NCBI GenBank assembly: GCA_003427395.1
Contig: BFEA01000045.1
Location: forward strand, 4,097,421 to 4,149,831
Source: Chara braunii
Lineage: Eukaryota > Plantae > Charophyceae
DNA length: 52,411 nucleotides
Reading direction: 5' to 3'
Of this stretch, positions 49,812 to 52,411 are shown in pieces. Made by a program: the position numbers and the translations under genes. The notes under the pieces were generated by a model. It did not search any database and was not told where the DNA came from. It saw nothing but the letters and a program-made list of their open reading frames with translations. Every line of letters starts with the position of its first letter. Position 1 is the stretch's first letter.

Positions 49812-50719
49812 GTTCGTGCCACTCCTCCTTCCATTCCACCCCCCCCTCCCAACTCTTCCGATGTATTTCTCTCTGTACCGAGCTAGCTGATCTCTTGGAC
49901 ATGGTAGGAGCAAGTTTCCCAGGAACCATAGTTATATGATGATGTCTTAATCAGTTGTCGAGGGAAGTTCTACGATTCAAATCGTTCATCATCTGTACAA
50001 TACTACAGTTCTCAATGGCCGTGGGTCCTGTGCACTGGCTGATGATGCGATCATGGGCGTTGGATGTGTGATGTTTGTGGTTGCGATTGTTAGTTGGAGT
50101 GGTTACAAGTGCAAGGAACATGAATATGGACGAAGCACAGAAATCCAGATTGCAAAATCACACTGAAGTCCAAGTAGTCAAAGCAAGAGCAGATAGCACA
50201 ATGGAACCGAGTAACCATTTGAGAACGATACAGAAGAATCGTGAGTCAATGTCCAAGCCCAATCGGGCAACACCAACAGCATAACCCAATGTAGCTCTCT
50301 CTCTTGAATGGCGCCAGGCGCTCTACCTACTCTACAGCCTATCACTACAACTACAGCTATGAAGCAACCAGACAACTTGACGACCAGCGAGTGATGACGT
50401 CAACACCAATGCCGACCTCGTCTCCACCCAGGTACGCCCTTCACCTCCGAAGAACCACCTTCGCCCTTCACCCTCTGCGCACACAGGTAGCCCGGCTATG
50501 GCCGCCAGCGCCCTGTGCCCACAGGCAGCGCCCTACCGCCTAGCGCTGTCCTGCTTCCCTCAGCCTTAGCGCAGCGCAGCATGCATGCAACGCAGCAGTG
50601 TGCCGGCCTTGCTCGCAATGGCCAAGATCCCTGCCCACTCGCCCTCTCTGCCTATATGCCAGTGTTGCGTGTGGGCGGCCTCCCTTGAGCCTGCGCCTGG
50701 GCCCCAGTACCTGTACCCA

Positions 50720-52411
50720 GGCCCAATGCAGTTGGGGCCCGCGCAGTACAGTTGTGCCTCTTTCGTCCAGGCCTGCGTCCAGATTCAGGTAGTGGACTGA
50801 TTTCCCATTGGCATTTTCGGCCTCTATTTCCAGTATGCAATGTCGGCCTGACGTTTATGTGCCCAGGGCCTAACCAACTGCAAAGGCCCTGGGATATCTG
50901 TATTTGCAGAAATCCGAAACTCGGTGCACTCCAACCAACTGGCGTGCTGCAACTGTATGGACCCCACTTCGTGAAATGTTGGCACAGAGGGCTCTTGTTG
51001 ATTTGCTGGCCCGCCTTCACTTAGGGTGGGCACTAGGCTTGCTGGGGCCTTAGCCCAGAACATGTACATCATGGCAAGGCCCCTTCTTGAGGGCTCAATC
51101 CTCACACAAGGTGACACGAGAACTGTTCATGGGTGTGGATTGTGGTCGAGTCCTTTGATGTGTTGTGTTTTTTACATCGTACAGTTGCATTTTTCACGAT
51201 TGTGTCAGATGCGGGTGCGTTTTTGAGAGGGCGAAGGTTAGCTTGCGAGAGGTGAAAGCAAATATTTTGCTGAGCCTGCAAGAGGTGAAAGCAAATATTT
51301 TGCTGAGCCTGCAAGAGGTGAAAGCAAATATTTTGCTGAGCCTGCTAGAGATGAAGGGAAAAAAAAAATAAAAAAATAAAAAAAATGAACGTAGTAAACG
51401 TACGTATTGCGATGGTGTCAGAATGTGTGTATATTTCCTAGAGAAAGTTTGAACCTCCGAAGATGCTTCATTTTGGGTTTTCGCCGTGTGACGTGAAGAC
51501 GTATGATGTGTTTCTGAATTGTTTAGATCGCACGGTGGAATTTGTCTGAGAAAGGTCGTGTCAGAATGTGTCAGATTGGTGTTGGTTTCTCAGAGGGCGA
51601 AGGTTCGAGCCTCGTAACAGGCTTTCTTTTGGGCAGTGTAGCTTGAATTCTTAGTCTTTGCGTGTATCTTTCCGACGGGGCGAAGGGCCGAATCTCCCAG
51701 ATTCTTCCATTTGGGTTTTGGGCATGTAACGTGAAAATGTACGATGGGTTTCTGAATTGTTTAGATCGCAGTGGGATTTGTCTGTGAGAGGTCGTGTCAG
51801 AATGTGTCAGATCGGTCTTGGTTTTCGTGAGGGCGAGGGTTCGAGCTTCCGAGCGGGGTTTGTTTTAGGCGGTGTGACGTGAATTCTTTGTCTTTTTCAA
51901 GACATTGGATGGGTTTGTCAATCGTTTAGATCGCACGGTGGGTTTTGTTTGTGAATTGTAATGCATTTGTAATCCGCAACCTTGGAGTGTTACGTAGACG
52001 GTGACGGTTCAAACCTTGGGTACAAGTGTGAGGATTGAGCCCTCAAGAAGGGGCCTTGCCATGATGCACATGTTCTGGGCTAAGGCCCCAACAAGCCTAG
52101 TGCCCGCCCTAAGTGAAGGCGGGCCAGCAAATCAACAAGAGCCCGCTGTGCTAACATTTCACGAAGTGGGGTCCATACAGTTGCAGCACGCCAGTTGGTT
52201 GGAGTGCACCGAGTCTCGGATTTCAGCAAATGCTGAAAACCCAGGGCCTCTGAGTTAGTTAGGCCCTGGGCACTTGAACGTGAGGCCGACAATGCATGCT
52301 GGGTATAGAGGCCGAAAATGCCAAAGGGAAATCGGCCCACTATCTGAATCTGGCCGCAGGCCTTGATGAAAGAGGCACAACTGCATTGCCCCGGGGCCCA
52401 ACTGTATCGGG
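50720..52411. mobile_element. Long inverted repeat (foldback or long-TIR element), right arm truncated by the window end
   Basis: The reverse complement of 50720-51108 matches 52026-52411 closely. The ~917-bp spacer carries a 33-bp triple repeat (51249-51345) and ~245-bp direct repeats. Confidence 0.9.

Overview
Repeat-dominated eukaryotic (streptophyte plant/alga-like) genomic window with two 645-N gaps and many CT/GA/CA/TAA microsatellites. The large TE-filled introns and decayed LINE/gypsy sequences look like a charophyte such as Chara, which is an inference. Almost all entries in the ORF track are microsatellite or antisense artefacts. The one convincing host gene is the 5' part of a golgin candidate 3/4-like (GMAP-210/TRIP11 family) gene on +. 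It has three phase-0 exons (39331-39513, 43922-44020, 49680-49811) and continues beyond the window. The rest is mobile or repetitive DNA: two L1-type LINE 3' ends with zf-RVT, an RTE-like LINE remnant, several LTR-like copies, a decayed Ty3/gypsy body, a TTAA-flanked MITE, Helitron-like termini and a long foldback element. Three things stand out. (i) A ~2-kb higher-order palindromic satellite lies next to a Plavaka-type transposase C-terminus and a Ulp1/SENP protease relic. (ii) LSU-rRNA-derived sequence is embedded in a ~2-kb diverged direct repeat that brackets the gypsy remnant. (iii) A degenerate repeat-spacer-like array occupies 6.0-7.25 kb. All protein family assignments come from motifs recognised by eye, not from database searches.
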